The notes under the pieces: model-generated
Database searches by the model: none
The model's input: only the letters and a program-made list of their open reading frames with translations
Told to the model about the DNA's origin: nothing
In this document: in pieces, positions 19,236 to 30,655 of the stretch
Numbering within the stretch: position 1 is the first letter of the stretch
Layout of the letters: every line of letters begins with the position of its first letter
DNA from: a virus
Lineage: Duplodnaviria > Caudoviricetes
Strand: one strand, 5' to 3'
Virus record (IMG/VR): IMGVR_UViG_3300028591_000083
Location: 128,001-192,000 of that record
Length of the DNA stretch: 64,000 nucleotides
Made by a program: the position numbers and the translations under genes

Positions 19236-20243
19236 TTACGGCACAAATCCAATATCAAGAAGTTTTTGTTCTGATTTTAATTCATCTAATGTTAGCCAAT
19301 ACCATCTTCCGGATGAATCAGATCCTTTTGTTATTACTGTTCCATATGCTGATGAATCTGTTGCAAATATTGTTGTTGCTGTTGAATCGAATGCGTTAAT
19401 TGATACAGGAGCAGATACACCAGATGCCACAGATGGATTCACAAATGCTATATAATTATATGCGCCAAGATACATTCCAAAAATATTATTAGGACTTTGA
19501 ATTATTGGATTCTTAAATATGAAACTATTATAACAATCATTATTATTTTTGAATCGGATTAAAGGATAATCCCATGAATTTCCTTGACTTCGTATGTAGA
19601 AACCATCTAGTATGAATATGTTATTTGTTGTTGATCTACTACTGTTGTGCATCGGATAAAATATTTTATAATTTGAATACATAATTCCAGAAGAAGCATT
19701 ATTTTTGATATAGATAGAACAATTATTAAATGCAACATAATTTGCAAGACCGCACATATATGTCGTACTGCCAGATGCATACCCATAAACGCTTAAAGAT
19801 ACAGTTGAGTTTTTAAGCATGGCATATGAGTTAGTTCCTGAATAAAAGGCGTATAGACCGTATGATTCAGTACCAGTTGGTTTAAAGAAACAATCAATGA
19901 AATCAATATTTTCTATTGTTGTTCCCTGACCATTAAAATTCTCGTAAAAATGTATAAAACAAGAATCTTTAACTGTTAAACCACGTATATATTTTTTTGT
20001 GTCTGCATAGATTTTTACTACGGTGGTTGCGAAAGACCCCCCAGCACAGTTAATAGCTCCCGCATATCCAATATAATTAGGATCATCTGCACAATCAATA
20101 TCTTGAGTTAATTTAATATAATAAGGACCACTTGTATTTCCATTTACATTTCCGCTTCTGGCATCTGTTATGATTTTATACAGCTCAGTTATCGTGCTTG
20201 GGATTGCTGGATCTGCTGAACTTCCTGTTCCTGTATAAGCCAT
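19236..20243 (-). CDS. beta-rich putative virion/adhesin-like protein
   Basis: N-terminal TGTGSSADP..(I)..TEL, YIKLTQDIDC; N/S/G/Y-rich beta-helix-like body. Confidence 0.5.
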   Translation of the reverse strand: MAYTGTGSSADPAIPSTITELYKIITDARSGNVNGNTSGPYYIKLTQDIDCADDPNYIGYAGAINCAGGSFATTVVKIYADTKKYIRGLTVKDSCFIHFYENFNGQGTTIENIDFIDCFFKPTGTESYGLYAFYSGTNSYAMLKNSTVSLSVYGYASGSTTYMCGLANYVAFNNCSIYIKNNASSGIMYSNYKIFYPMHNSSRSTTNNIFILDGFYIRSQGNSWDYPLIRFKNNNDCYNSFIFKNPIIQSPNNIFGMYLGAYNYIAFVNPSVASGVSAPVSINAFDSTATTIFATDSSAYGTVITKGSDSSGRWYWLTLDELKSEQKLLDIGFVP

Positions 20244-20307
20244 AAATGATCAACTCCTTTGAGGAATAAAATTTCTACTTATATTGTTGATATTTGGCGA
20301 TATAAAG

Positions 20308-20351
20308 AAAGAACGATAGAAGTTTTTTCTACATTCCTTCTATCGTTCTTT
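20308..20351. terminator. intrinsic terminator
   Basis: 15-bp IR AAAGAACGATAGAAG/CTTCTATCGTTCTTT. Confidence 0.7.
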
Positions 20352-22235
20352 TTCTTATAGTAGCTTTATTGAATCTTTTTGTTCTGTTTTAGCTAATCTT
20401 TTCATTTCAGATTCTAACTTATCATATAATTGCATAATTATTTCATTTGTTTCTGTGAATTCTTTTGGTGTTATTTGATCTCTTGTTTCTACTTTGTCTG
20501 CCAGTGAATCAGCAAATTGTCTTGCGGCTCTTTCGTGAAACCATCCAACAGATGCATAAAGAGTCATCAACTCTTTCACTGTAAATTCCATTTTTATTCA
20601 TCCTCCGGAATAAGATTTAGTTTTCCAAGATTTAGCTGACCAAATACAAACATCCTCAATCTTAGATCTTCATGAAGAATTGTGTAACATCCTACATGAA
20701 CAAGCATTCTTTGAAGTTTATCATATAGGCTATCTGCTGTTTTTCGCTGAATATCATTTCCTGCACCTACTTTTACAATAATCAGTGGCGGATTGCAAGT
20801 TGTAAGAAGATTTGCAAGTGCGTAGATAGTGTTGCTATCAAAATCGCTAGCTTCGATATGAATTTCATAAAAGCATTCATCTCTACTGATATTGTCAAAA
20901 CAATGTTTCATCTTCTCTCTGTAAAGAGAAATGCATTCTTTTTGTATATTTGAATATCCATTTTTTACATCAAACACACTACCATATAGAATTCTCATTA
21001 TTCATCCTCCGTTTTATGTTTTCTTTCATCCAAGACATAAGGTTTTTCATCTTCTGTTTTGCAGAAGAACTCTTTAAGGTCAAACCAGTTATCTTTAATA
21101 ATATTGCCAATCTTATGAATGGAGGAACCCCAACCGTCAGACTCTACACGAATATATTTACCTTTAAGATCTTCCCATTTCTCAACTCCAACTGTGTTCA
21201 TAATTTTCATCATTGCTACAATAGCGGAGCCATTACCTTTCCAGTAATCTGCACCAAGATAACCAACACCATTTACATACTGCCCAATACCACAACACCA
21301 TCCGTAACCCTCAACAAAAATAGTAAAAGTAAGAACTCCGTGATCTGCCATAGAAATAGAAACATCCTTAATCTTTGCATTTTCAATATTACTCATTTTT
21401 TAACTTCCTTCCAGTAACCTTTTAAGAATTCAAATCTTCCAACATGAGAATTACAGATCAAATCTGCTCCGTCTTTTTGTGTTTCTACTAAGCTAATTCC
21501 TCCTTTTTTAGAATTCATATCACTTTTGTTTACAAACTCTTTACAGAATTCCACTCCGGCTTCACGAGTTTCAAAAATATCTAAGAAAGTGGTGGTAAAG
21601 GGTTTCAAAAGCCCATCCCTTACATATCTCTCCACTACATATATTCTCATTTATTTTTACCCTCCACCTGTTTAACAGTTTTCCACGTTTCAAGATGAAT
21701 ACTAGTATCTCCGTCAACCATACCAACACCTGGAATAAAGTCTTTCCAATTACTCTTGCTGAGAGCATAATCAACAATTCTTGCTTGTTCTGGAGTAAGT
21801 TTAACCCAACCAGATCCAGTAGAAACACCATCTCCACAAGAATCCATGTAGAAATAATAAGGTCTTCCTTCTACTGGTTTGTCTGGATCATAAACAAAAA
21901 TATATGCAACCTCAGTAAAATAAGTAAAACCAGTTACAATACCATAACCAATGCTATAATCTACAACTTCAGCTTTTAACCATTTTTTATCAAAAGTTTC
22001 AGCATCCCATTCCTTTTTAGTGAACAAAGGACTATTAGTAACTTCATTACCAACTTGCTCAAAAACCTTGAATGTGGTAGCTCCCTGAACACATTTCGGA
22101 AGTTTCTTTTCAATAAAATTTTTAAGAGTCATTGTTCAGTTCCTCCATTTATTTCTCTCTATTACTACTAACCTATACATTTACATTAAAATTCATACAG
22201 CGAAATCTTTCTTTTACAGTGGATTCAGAACATAG

Positions 22236-22571
22236 TTAATCCTCCATTTTAATCTTACCAATCTTATATAATTCTTGCTTATATCGTCTGTGCTCCTTAA
22301 CTGTCTTTGCCCGTTCTTCTTTAGTTTCCTGATAGTCTTTCCAATGCTCTTTGATTCTTCTGTCATTCTTACTCTTTGATTCAGGATTTACAGTTATAAG
22401 AATTAGTTTTTTACTTACTGAGTATTCTTTTGCTAGACCATTGAGACTATAAAATCCCGTTCCGTACTTTTCTCGGATTTCTTGTTTCTGTTCTTCTGTC
22501 AATTTTCTTCTTCTGTCTAGTTGTTCTGGGAGTTTGATTTTTTCTGATTTATAAGGCATTTTAATCTTCAC
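22236..22571 (-). CDS. HTH DNA-binding protein
   Basis: KLTEEQKQEIR..Y....SLNGLAKEYSVSKKLI. Confidence 0.65.
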   Translation of the reverse strand: MKIKMPYKSEKIKLPEQLDRRRKLTEEQKQEIREKYGTGFYSLNGLAKEYSVSKKLILITVNPESKSKNDRRIKEHWKDYQETKEERAKTVKEHRRYKQELYKIGKIKMED

Positions 22572-23382
22572 TCACTTCTACAAATTCTCCGTTTTTGATT
22601 GTATAGAAAACATTTTCTTTAATTCTGACTCCATCTACTTGTTCTGTTTTTACACATACAGGAATAAAAGTTCCTTCCTCGTTTCTTTTCCATTCTGTTA
22701 GTGTAATCCAAGATCCTTTTACAGCACTCACCTTATTATCATATCCAGAACAAACAATTACTGAATTTTCTCCCGTTGATTTAATAGTTGCGGAATCACC
22801 AGAGCTTGCAAGTTGTGAATGATTTCCAGAGCTTACAATTCTTGTGCAGTTACCGGAGATTGCAAGCTGTGAACAATAGCCAGAGCTTGCAAGTTGTGAA
22901 TGATTTCCAGAGCTTGCAAGGTTTGCATCGTCACCAGAGCTTGCAAGTTTCGCACCATGACCAGAACTTGCGAGTTTTGCTAAATTACCAGAGCCTACGA
23001 GTTGCGCGAAATTGCAAGAGCTTGCGAGTTTTGCGTAATTACAAGGGCTTGCGAGTTGTGCAAAAGCATTATCGTTTTCATTATTATCTACAAAATCAAT
23101 AAATGCATAAATAATTCTCATTAGTGATAATCTTGCACCGATCTTAATTTTCTTCCCACATACCTTAGTATCTTCTCTTCGTTCACTGGACACTTCATCA
23201 AGTTCAACTTCATGAATTTCACTATCTGTTATATTATAATATGTCCAACAATCTAAAGGATTCAAACAGGCATGGAATCCAGATTCACAAAGTTTTGCTT
23301 TACCCTCATAATATTCTTTTCCTTCTTCAAACTGAAATCCTCTACAAGTCATGTCCTTATTAAATGCCTTATATGCTTTCAT
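22561..23382 (-). CDS. phage protein with 9-aa tandem repeats (start revised to MKAYKAF)
   Basis: KAFNKDMTCRGFQFEEG...CESGFHACLNPLD; LASSG repeats; AGGAGG RBS. Confidence 0.75.
   Translation of the reverse strand: MKAYKAFNKDMTCRGFQFEEGKEYYEGKAKLCESGFHACLNPLDCWTYYNITDSEIHEVELDEVSSERREDTKVCGKKIKIGARLSLMRIIYAFIDFVDNNENDNAFAQLASPCNYAKLASSCNFAQLVGSGNLAKLASSGHGAKLASSGDDANLASSGNHSQLASSGYCSQLAISGNCTRIVSSGNHSQLASSGDSATIKSTGENSVIVCSGYDNKVSAVKGSWITLTEWKRNEEGTFIPVCVKTEQVDGVRIKENVFYTIKNGEFVEVSED
22800..23060 (-). repeat. about 27-bp coding tandem repeat (LASSGNxxx)
   Basis: recurring CCAGAGCTTGCAAG units on the + strand. Confidence 0.8.
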
Positions 23383-23756
23383 TTTTATATCCTCCTTAAA
23401 AACAATTATAGCTATGAACAGATTTAACATCTTTTGTAAAATGTTTATATGTTTTGATAAATCTGTCAAGAAGTCATACTTCTCTTCTCCATTCTTTTCT
23501 CTCTTCCGGAAACTCGCTTCTTCGCATTTCTTCATTACAGTGACCAGACTCAAAGAATGTACTTAAAACATATTGACATTCACGAACCATATCTGCAATA
23601 GTCCAATTTTCAGTTCCTTCTGAAAGCGGTTCACCGATTGTTTTGTGCTCGTATCCACACATATTCATAATCTTGTTATACCGCTTAATAGCGGTTTCCA
23701 TATTCAGATTTTTCATAATAGATCCTCCTGTTCAAATTTCTTTCCTCTTTCCTTAC

Positions 23757-23792
23757 AAATATAGTATAACACATTTTATTCAAAAAGTCAAG
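23757..23792 (-). promoter_or_regulatory. sigmaA-type promoter
   Basis: TTGACT-N17-TATACT. Confidence 0.8.
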
Positions 23793-24288
23793 TCCTTATT
23801 GAATAAATATAGATAGAAAAATCCACAGCTATTTGCCGTGGATTTGTGTATTATATACAAATAATTAAAATCAATAATAAATAACTCCACCAGAACTGAG
23901 TTGAAATAGAATTCTCTCGGATGGTTTTCTGTATCCGGCTTCTGTATAACTTGATTTAGTTACAAGATTTCTTGCAAATTTATCATAAAGAAGTGCTATT
24001 TCCTTTTCAATAATTTCTTCATCGTCACACAATTCTTCAAAATCAAGAATAATGATTGCATACTTTGAATCAAGTAAGATATCTAAAGCGGCATCTATAG
24101 AACTCGGTGTATACCAGAAATCACATAACTGAAAAGAAATTTCCACAACCTTATTTATTTCCGGATCTATTGGAAGTACAAATGCGTCTAAATATTTTGC
24201 TCTTAGTTCTTGTTCTATTTCACTTAGTTTCTGCACAACTAATTGCATATCATATCACCGTCCTCAAAATTGCTCCATGTGGAACATT

Positions 24289-24873
24289 TCACACTCCACC
24301 TTGGTTATCGTGTCCAATAACATCAAATCTATAAATCTGCTCGGCTCTTGGATATTTATCAAAATCAACAAAACTCATGAACTCTGAATACTTGCGAACA
24401 TAGGACTTGTGCTCACCGAACATTTCTTGATATGTAATAAGAGGTTCATTTGTTTCTCGTACGCAATCTCGTGAAATCGCAGTAACAACGTAGATATAAT
24501 CTTTTTCTGACATCGTTGCTTTGAAATGTCTTACAATATCACCAACTACTATTCTAGGTCTTACGGAGCACTTATTGTAGAAATCAATACATACCATCGT
24601 GTAATTTTCAACAAATCTAAATAGTCTTTCTTCATCTTCAAAATAAGATATATCTGCTCTTGAAGATGTATACATATTTATTGTATGATTATTTGAGTTT
24701 TGATTATTTGATTTTTTATGTATGATTATCTGAACTGCTGTATTTTCGCCAAGATAGATGAATTGCCAGATGTGAAGATCTGACTGTTTTGTATTCTTTA
24801 CAAGGGTATTTAATGATGAATTGTAGATGTATTCGCCAGTATTTTTGAAATCTTCTATGTTCAATTTAATCAC
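24289..24873 (-). CDS. DUF1653-domain protein
   Basis: GDIVRHFK...Y.V..I......LITYQ.M.G...YVR.YSEFMS.VD..KYP...Q.YRF. Confidence 0.75.
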   Translation of the reverse strand: MIKLNIEDFKNTGEYIYNSSLNTLVKNTKQSDLHIWQFIYLGENTAVQIIIHKKSNNQNSNNHTINMYTSSRADISYFEDEERLFRFVENYTMVCIDFYNKCSVRPRIVVGDIVRHFKATMSEKDYIYVVTAISRDCVRETNEPLITYQEMFGEHKSYVRKYSEFMSFVDFDKYPRAEQIYRFDVIGHDNQGGV

Positions 24874-25283
24874 AGCCTTTCAAAGCTAAATGTTTGATTT
24901 CTGTTTGTATAGTATATTTTTTTAATTCCAAAATCTTTAATCGCCGCCATGCAAACATCACACGGTCTTGCCAACCTGAAATCCCCGTCTTTCTTCTTTG
25001 AGATAATAACAATTTCACATTTATCAAACCGGAATTTTGGATGAACCTTACCAAGACAGTTTACCTCAGAATGTTCTTTATCAACAAAGTTCTCAATATA
25101 TTTTAGATCGGTTGTAAGTCTATATTTATTTTGCAGCGGAGAAGTTTTATCAGAATTGATACCAAAACTAACTACCTTTCCTTTATATATAAGAAAAGAT
25201 ACTGTTTTGGTATTCTTATATGGTTTATCTGTGTAGATATAATCGTACATTCTACACAAACTATTAAGCAATTTATTAGTCAT
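24870..25283 (-). CDS. zinc-dependent cytidine/dCMP deaminase-fold protein
   Basis: HSE...ARPCDVC...GIKKIYYT. Confidence 0.8.
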   Translation of the reverse strand: MTNKLLNSLCRMYDYIYTDKPYKNTKTVSFLIYKGKVVSFGINSDKTSPLQNKYRLTTDLKYIENFVDKEHSEVNCLGKVHPKFRFDKCEIVIISKKKDGDFRLARPCDVCMAAIKDFGIKKIYYTNRNQTFSFERL

Positions 25284-25289
25284 AATTAG

Positions 25290-25757
25290 TTAGTATTTAT
25301 CCAATGTGTTCAAAACCGTATCAATGTACTCATAGCATTCTTCATCATCAATAACGCCGTCCTCAGATAAATGAGATGCTAACCATGAAAAATAACAACT
25401 ACATACAAAATCAACATTGTTTTGGGCTACTTCAATATCGTCTGGGATTTCAATGTTTTCTTTTCTACAAACGGCTTTAAGCCTAGTAGAGAACCATTTA
25501 TAATTTTGTATCTGATCTCTTTTTACACCATACGTGTTATCATAAATGAAGTCTCTTTTTGGTAACTTCTTGCCACCTTTTAGAAATTCAATATCATACA
25601 GAAATGAGTAAATTTCCTGTTTCCAGTGATTTCGGTTTATATTGTTTGGAGATAATGTAAGGTACATTAGATGTTCAACGATTTTAGGTGTTACGTTTAT
25701 TAACCTTCTTTGAATTTCTTTTTTCTCCAACGCGAACTCAGTAATCAATCTAATCAC
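25290..25757 (-). CDS. DUF29-like helical protein, paralog 2
   Basis: IVEHLM...NHWKQEIYSF...LP...IYDNTYG...CRKEN...YFSWL. Confidence 0.65.
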   Translation of the reverse strand: MIRLITEFALEKKEIQRRLINVTPKIVEHLMYLTLSPNNINRNHWKQEIYSFLYDIEFLKGGKKLPKRDFIYDNTYGVKRDQIQNYKWFSTRLKAVCRKENIEIPDDIEVAQNNVDFVCSCYFSWLASHLSEDGVIDDEECYEYIDTVLNTLDKY

Positions 25758-25766
25758 AATATCACC

Positions 25767-26216
25767 TCAAATAAGTTCATCTATCTTATTTTTGCATGAA
25801 CTCCTTGTTACTTTTCCTGATTTTGAAAGAGTATTCGACAACCACTTAAAATATTCGGCACAGATTATATCAAAATCTGTCTGTATGGAACCAATATCTT
25901 CCGGAATGTCAATATTTTCCTCCTCACAGATAGATTCAATTTGCCGATTAAAATATTCGTTATTCAAAATATTATCTTGCCAAACTCCATAAGTAGAGTC
26001 ATATATAAACCGTTCTGTCGGGAGTTTCTTTGTTGACTTCAAAATAGGTACGTTGTTAATAAACGCATATATTTCAGATGTCCAGTTATCTCTGTTCACA
26101 TTTTTCGGATCAAGAACAATGCATAGAAGGTGCTCAATAATTTCTACTGACCTGTCAATGAGCCTATCTTCCAGATGTCTCTTTTCAATAGCTAACTCTG
26201 TGAGCAATCTAATCAC
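25767..26216 (-). CDS. DUF29-like helical protein, paralog 3
   Basis: IIEHLL...NWTSEIYAF...LP..FIYDSTYG...CEEEN...YFKWL. Confidence 0.65.
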   Translation of the reverse strand: MIRLLTELAIEKRHLEDRLIDRSVEIIEHLLCIVLDPKNVNRDNWTSEIYAFINNVPILKSTKKLPTERFIYDSTYGVWQDNILNNEYFNRQIESICEEENIDIPEDIGSIQTDFDIICAEYFKWLSNTLSKSGKVTRSSCKNKIDELI

Positions 26217-26596
26217 TGAAATAATCCTTTCTCCATGTTACTTCAATATGTCCACAATTTACACATTTAAGAACCTCAACTGTTGCATTCTCATGAGTTT
26301 CGACAATTTCATATAAACATGGATCAATTTCATCTTGTGTGCCTAGCAGACTAAATGAATCGCCGCATTTATTTGATTTCGAGCAAACATATTCAAATGT
26401 TCCGGTTACTACTTCTTCAGGATAACTTCTTCCTCCACCGTACCAACACTTATTTTGTGGAACATAAATAAAATCCTCATTATATACTCTAAACTTTGGC
26501 TTACCTTCAATGAGTGGAGTTATTTCCAGATCACCATGAAATGCTTTGTAACCTTCCGATTCAATCATCTTTGAATCCTCCTATTTCATATTCTTA

Positions 26597-26630
26597 AATA
26601 TAGTATATCACAAAAATCATTCTTTGTCAA
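26597..26630 (-). promoter_or_regulatory. sigmaA-type promoter
   Basis: TTGACA-N17-TATACT. Confidence 0.75.
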
Positions 26631-26872
26631 TAGGTTTATCGAAATATTTATTTGCTTCCTCTACCAACTCTTTGATATCAGAAGCAATTACAGGAAAATC
26701 TACTCCACCTAAAGTTCTGAAACGACCGATATATGTATCATCTGTTAGATCGTGAAAACAGCTTTTCATAATCAGTCTATTATCTAGTGCTGCTTCAATA
26801 GCCGATTTACCAAGAAAGCTAAAATCTACTCGCTCAATATTTTCATCAATCTTTACAAATCTCATAAGAGAT

Positions 26873-29113
26873 TCAGTTGCTTTCTTTACAATGTTTGCGC
26901 TTACCCTGCTTTTCATGTGTAGCTACCTCCAAATACAATTTATCGTTTTTCAATTTAACATTTATACTACTGTTTTCAAAACATCCAAACTTATCGCTAT
27001 TCAATATCAAATCATCTAAATATGATTCAATATTTCGTTCAATAAATCTTACTCCATTCTTTCTATCAAAGCTATGTTCACACATAAAGTCAATGGCTTT
27101 ATCACTAAATAGAATCTCTGTTCTTAATTTTTCCATATATCTTTGTGATATTTTTGATAGCTTTAGATTGAATATTCTACTAGATAATTCTTTTGTGATT
27201 GGCTTAAACATAATGATTGAATCTAATCTATTCCTGAACTCAGGAGATAGGAAGTTATTTACTGCGTTTGTCACCGCAGATTCTCTGAATTCTGTTTCAG
27301 TAAATCCGATTTGTTTTGTTTCAAGATATTCTTTACATCCTAGATTTGAAGTCATTATAATCAGACAGTTTCTAAAATCAACTGTTTCTCCATTTGCTTC
27401 TGTCAACCTACCGCAATCCATTATTTGAAGAAAAACATTCAATACATCTTTATGTGCTTTTTCAATTTCATCAAGAAGTATTACAGAAAATGGATTATGT
27501 TTAACGTGTTCTGTCAAGGCACCTCCTGCGTGAAATCCGACATAGCCGGGTGGAGAGCCAATAATTTTAGAAACTGAATGTGATTCCATAAACTCAGACA
27601 TATCTAATCGAATAAAACTTTCGTCTGAGAATATGTGTTTTGCAATTAGTTTACTCAATTCTGTTTTTCCTGTTCCTGTAGATCCTACAAAAAGAACAGA
27701 TGCTATTGGCTTTTCAACATTGTTTAGTCCTACAAAATAACGCTTGATGTACCGCATCATAGTATCTACGGCTTCATCCTGTCCAATAATAGATGCTTTT
27801 ATATCTTTGGTTATTTTATCTATGTCTGGTTTCTGTTGATCTTTTGTTTCAATATTTAAGTAACTCATAAGTAAGTTACTTACAAGTTTATTATCCGGAT
27901 CACAACCACTTAGCTTTGCCTGAACACATACTTTATCTAAAATATCTAACGCCTTATCTGGAAAATACCGATTCCGTATATACAAGTCACACATATCAAT
28001 AATACACTGACACACTGAATCTGATACTGTCACACCGTGAAATTTCTCATAAGCACTTTTTGAATTCTTTACGATTTCAAATGCTACTTCTTTCGTTGGT
28101 TCAGCAATATGAATTTTTTGAAATCTTCGTTCAAACGCCCTGTCTGTTTCAATCTTCCGGTACTCTTTTTCTGTCGTGCATCCAATGACAATAGATTCTC
28201 TTGAAAGAAAATTCTTTAATACACTTTCTATTGGAACACTATCACTATCACCTGTACCACTCGTAAACAATGTATGAATCTCATCAATGAACAGTATAAT
28301 ATTCCTATGTGATTCTAATTCTGAGATTAGTTCTTGAAGTCTTTTTTCAAGATCACCTCTATACGTGGTTCCACTTACTAACTTATTAGTGTCGAGTGAA
28401 AAAACACATTTACCTTCTAACTGTTTCGGGCATTTTTCTGATTGAATATAATTACAGATACCATAAACAACAGAGGTTTTACCTACACCTGTATTTCCAA
28501 CCAGAAGAACATTTGATTTTTTCATCTGACAAAGTGTTTTAATACTTTTTTCAATTTCAACTTCTCTTCCGAAACAATCACGATGTTTTATCATCAATGG
28601 ATTTATTAGATATTCACCATAAGCACATAACTTAGATGACATCGGATTTCCTATTTTTCCAACAATAAATGTGAGTACATCTTTACGTGCTTTTTCGGAA
28701 GCATTATTAAATAATGCATTTTCAAAAAATATGTAGCTTTTCAAACTCTTATTTGATAACAGCAGGTATGTAACATACTGAGTAAGAAGTTCTGAATCAA
28801 TCTTCTGCTTGTATGATCTGATAAAGAATAAATAATTATCTAAGAATTCCTCAAACTCATATGATAACTTTATATCCTCATACTCAAAATACTTCTTCTC
28901 TGCTGCACCATCTTGTTTCAACATCGTATTGATTACTTTGTCATAGCTTTCTTTTATATTATCTACTACAATCTTTTTTACAATTCCTTGTTGAACGCAT
29001 AAAGCGGAGAACAATTCTGTATCAATCACTTCATATTTATTTGGAAGCATTCTGAATGTAAGTTGTGCCGTTTTAGGTAGTTTTGTAAAAAAGTCTACAT
29101 ATTTTGATTGCAA
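26873..29113 (-). CDS. ClpA/ClpB-family AAA+ ATPase
   Basis: GNTGVGKT, GTTYRGDLE, FIDEIH, AFERRFQ, FPDKALD, GSTGTGKT, RLDMSEF, GSPPGYVG, LLDEIEKAH, PEFRNRLD. Confidence 0.92.
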   Translation of the reverse strand: MQSKYVDFFTKLPKTAQLTFRMLPNKYEVIDTELFSALCVQQGIVKKIVVDNIKESYDKVINTMLKQDGAAEKKYFEYEDIKLSYEFEEFLDNYLFFIRSYKQKIDSELLTQYVTYLLLSNKSLKSYIFFENALFNNASEKARKDVLTFIVGKIGNPMSSKLCAYGEYLINPLMIKHRDCFGREVEIEKSIKTLCQMKKSNVLLVGNTGVGKTSVVYGICNYIQSEKCPKQLEGKCVFSLDTNKLVSGTTYRGDLEKRLQELISELESHRNIILFIDEIHTLFTSGTGDSDSVPIESVLKNFLSRESIVIGCTTEKEYRKIETDRAFERRFQKIHIAEPTKEVAFEIVKNSKSAYEKFHGVTVSDSVCQCIIDMCDLYIRNRYFPDKALDILDKVCVQAKLSGCDPDNKLVSNLLMSYLNIETKDQQKPDIDKITKDIKASIIGQDEAVDTMMRYIKRYFVGLNNVEKPIASVLFVGSTGTGKTELSKLIAKHIFSDESFIRLDMSEFMESHSVSKIIGSPPGYVGFHAGGALTEHVKHNPFSVILLDEIEKAHKDVLNVFLQIMDCGRLTEANGETVDFRNCLIIMTSNLGCKEYLETKQIGFTETEFRESAVTNAVNNFLSPEFRNRLDSIIMFKPITKELSSRIFNLKLSKISQRYMEKLRTEILFSDKAIDFMCEHSFDRKNGVRFIERNIESYLDDLILNSDKFGCFENSSINVKLKNDKLYLEVATHEKQGKRKHCKESN

Positions 29114-29396
29114 TTTTCATCACCGCCAGAACTGTGGATTTTCGTACTTCCTGTACTCTGCATCAAGTTTCTTTAGCTTTCTGTCACACATATAAATCTT
29201 ATGATGTGTTTTCTGTCTCGTCAGTGTATATTCGCGCTTATCTTCAACAAGACCTTCTTTTAGTTTTTCACTCATTCTATCAAGATCAGCATAGTATTCC
29301 TCTATGCAATCTTTAAGTGTTTTTCTTTCTTTTTCAATAGTTCTTAAAATGAAATCTCTATCAATTTTCATTCCAAACATCTAGTTCACCTCATAT

Positions 29397-29428
29397 CTAT
29401 TATAACACAAAGTATAGAAAAAGTCAAG
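29397..29428 (-). promoter_or_regulatory. sigmaA-type promoter
   Basis: TTGACT-N17-TATAAT. Confidence 0.8.
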
Positions 29429-29557
29429 TATTACAACAAAAAATCACTCAGATATTTCTACCTGAGTGACTATGATTCTTTCTTTTACACCGTGAATCTA
29501 CGGTGTTATCTAGCCAACAAGTTTTCTTTTTATCGTGGTTACTTTCCAACGCTGTCT

Positions 29558-30271
29558 TCATAACTCTAAGCTGTCTGCTGTTTGACTAATCCAACCTCTA
29601 TAATTCTTTGTTAGCTTACAAACAGCAACTCTTGGATCATTGAAACTTTGAAAATAATCCATATACTTTACAAATGAATCTTTTGGATCATCAATATCTT
29701 TTTGTAGGTTGTGTCCAATGACGATTACTTTACAATCATCATTTACTCTAGTGAGGATTTTCTTTAGATCTGGAAATCCGACATTTTGAGCTTCGTCAAT
29801 AATAACAACCTTATTCTCAAAGTTTGTTCCTCTTAGATATGTATGTGTTAGACATTTTACATAACCAGTTGATTCTTTATTTGCGGATGCTAATGAATCA
29901 TTATATATTGCCTTTGGCGGAAAAATATTACATTTAATCATTGCTTGATATAGCGGTTCAAAATAAACCTCTGATTTTTCTGTAATATCACCCGGCAAGA
30001 ATCCTTGTTTACCTTCACCGTATGGACTCACAACATAAATAATACCATCGTATTTTCCATACTCGTAAAGTAGATTTGCAGTTGCGAATGCCATGACCGT
30101 TTTGCCTGATCCGGCTCTGGCGTTGCAGAACACAATTCTAACAGACTCATCCCATATATTGTCTCTAAAATATCTTTGATCTTCATCTAATGTAAACCCA
30201 TAGAAAGGATGTTCAGAAAGTGTTTCCGGAGCATCTTTTGGTGCTTCAACTACTTTCTTTGGTCGTGCCAT
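29558..30271 (-). CDS. phoH: PhoH-like ATPase
   Basis: AGSGKT, GFLPGDI.EK, YLRGTNF, IDEAQN, ILTR. Confidence 0.9.
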   Translation of the reverse strand: MARPKKVVEAPKDAPETLSEHPFYGFTLDEDQRYFRDNIWDESVRIVFCNARAGSGKTVMAFATANLLYEYGKYDGIIYVVSPYGEGKQGFLPGDITEKSEVYFEPLYQAMIKCNIFPPKAIYNDSLASANKESTGYVKCLTHTYLRGTNFENKVVIIDEAQNVGFPDLKKILTRVNDDCKVIVIGHNLQKDIDDPKDSFVKYMDYFQSFNDPRVAVCKLTKNYRGWISQTADSLEL

Positions 30272-30286
30272 AAGGCATCACTCTCC

Positions 30287-30655
30287 TTAGAATAATTTTG
30301 GTTTTGATTTAGTGCTAAGATGTGTTAGAACAATATCTTCCTTCTTTTTCTTGATATCTGAGGATTTATGTGAATTATCTGCGCCTGTCACTATTTCAAC
30401 AAACCGAATATCGGAATCTTCATATTTACACCGAACATATTTTATTGACATTGTTTTAGATATAATATAAGCATCAAACTCATACTCATTAGCTGAAGAA
30501 GCTATTTCATCACTATATTTATCTGAATCCACATATGCCAAATAATATATTAAGCTGTCTGTTGCAGAAACGTATTTTAGTTTATTATTTATTAAATATT
30601 TTGAAGATATTGTTCTATTCTTTGGAATCTTTTTAATGTCTGATTGGAAGTCCAT
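30287..30655 (-). CDS. hypothetical protein with C-terminal KLF tail
   Basis: ends KSKPKLF*. Confidence 0.55.
   Translation of the reverse strand: MDFQSDIKKIPKNRTISSKYLINNKLKYVSATDSLIYYLAYVDSDKYSDEIASSANEYEFDAYIISKTMSIKYVRCKYEDSDIRFVEIVTGADNSHKSSDIKKKKEDIVLTHLSTKSKPKLF

Noticed and set aside
22800-23060. 27-bp repeats as a CRISPR array or DGR
   Set aside because: In-frame degenerate coding repeats without spacers; no reverse transcriptase in the window.
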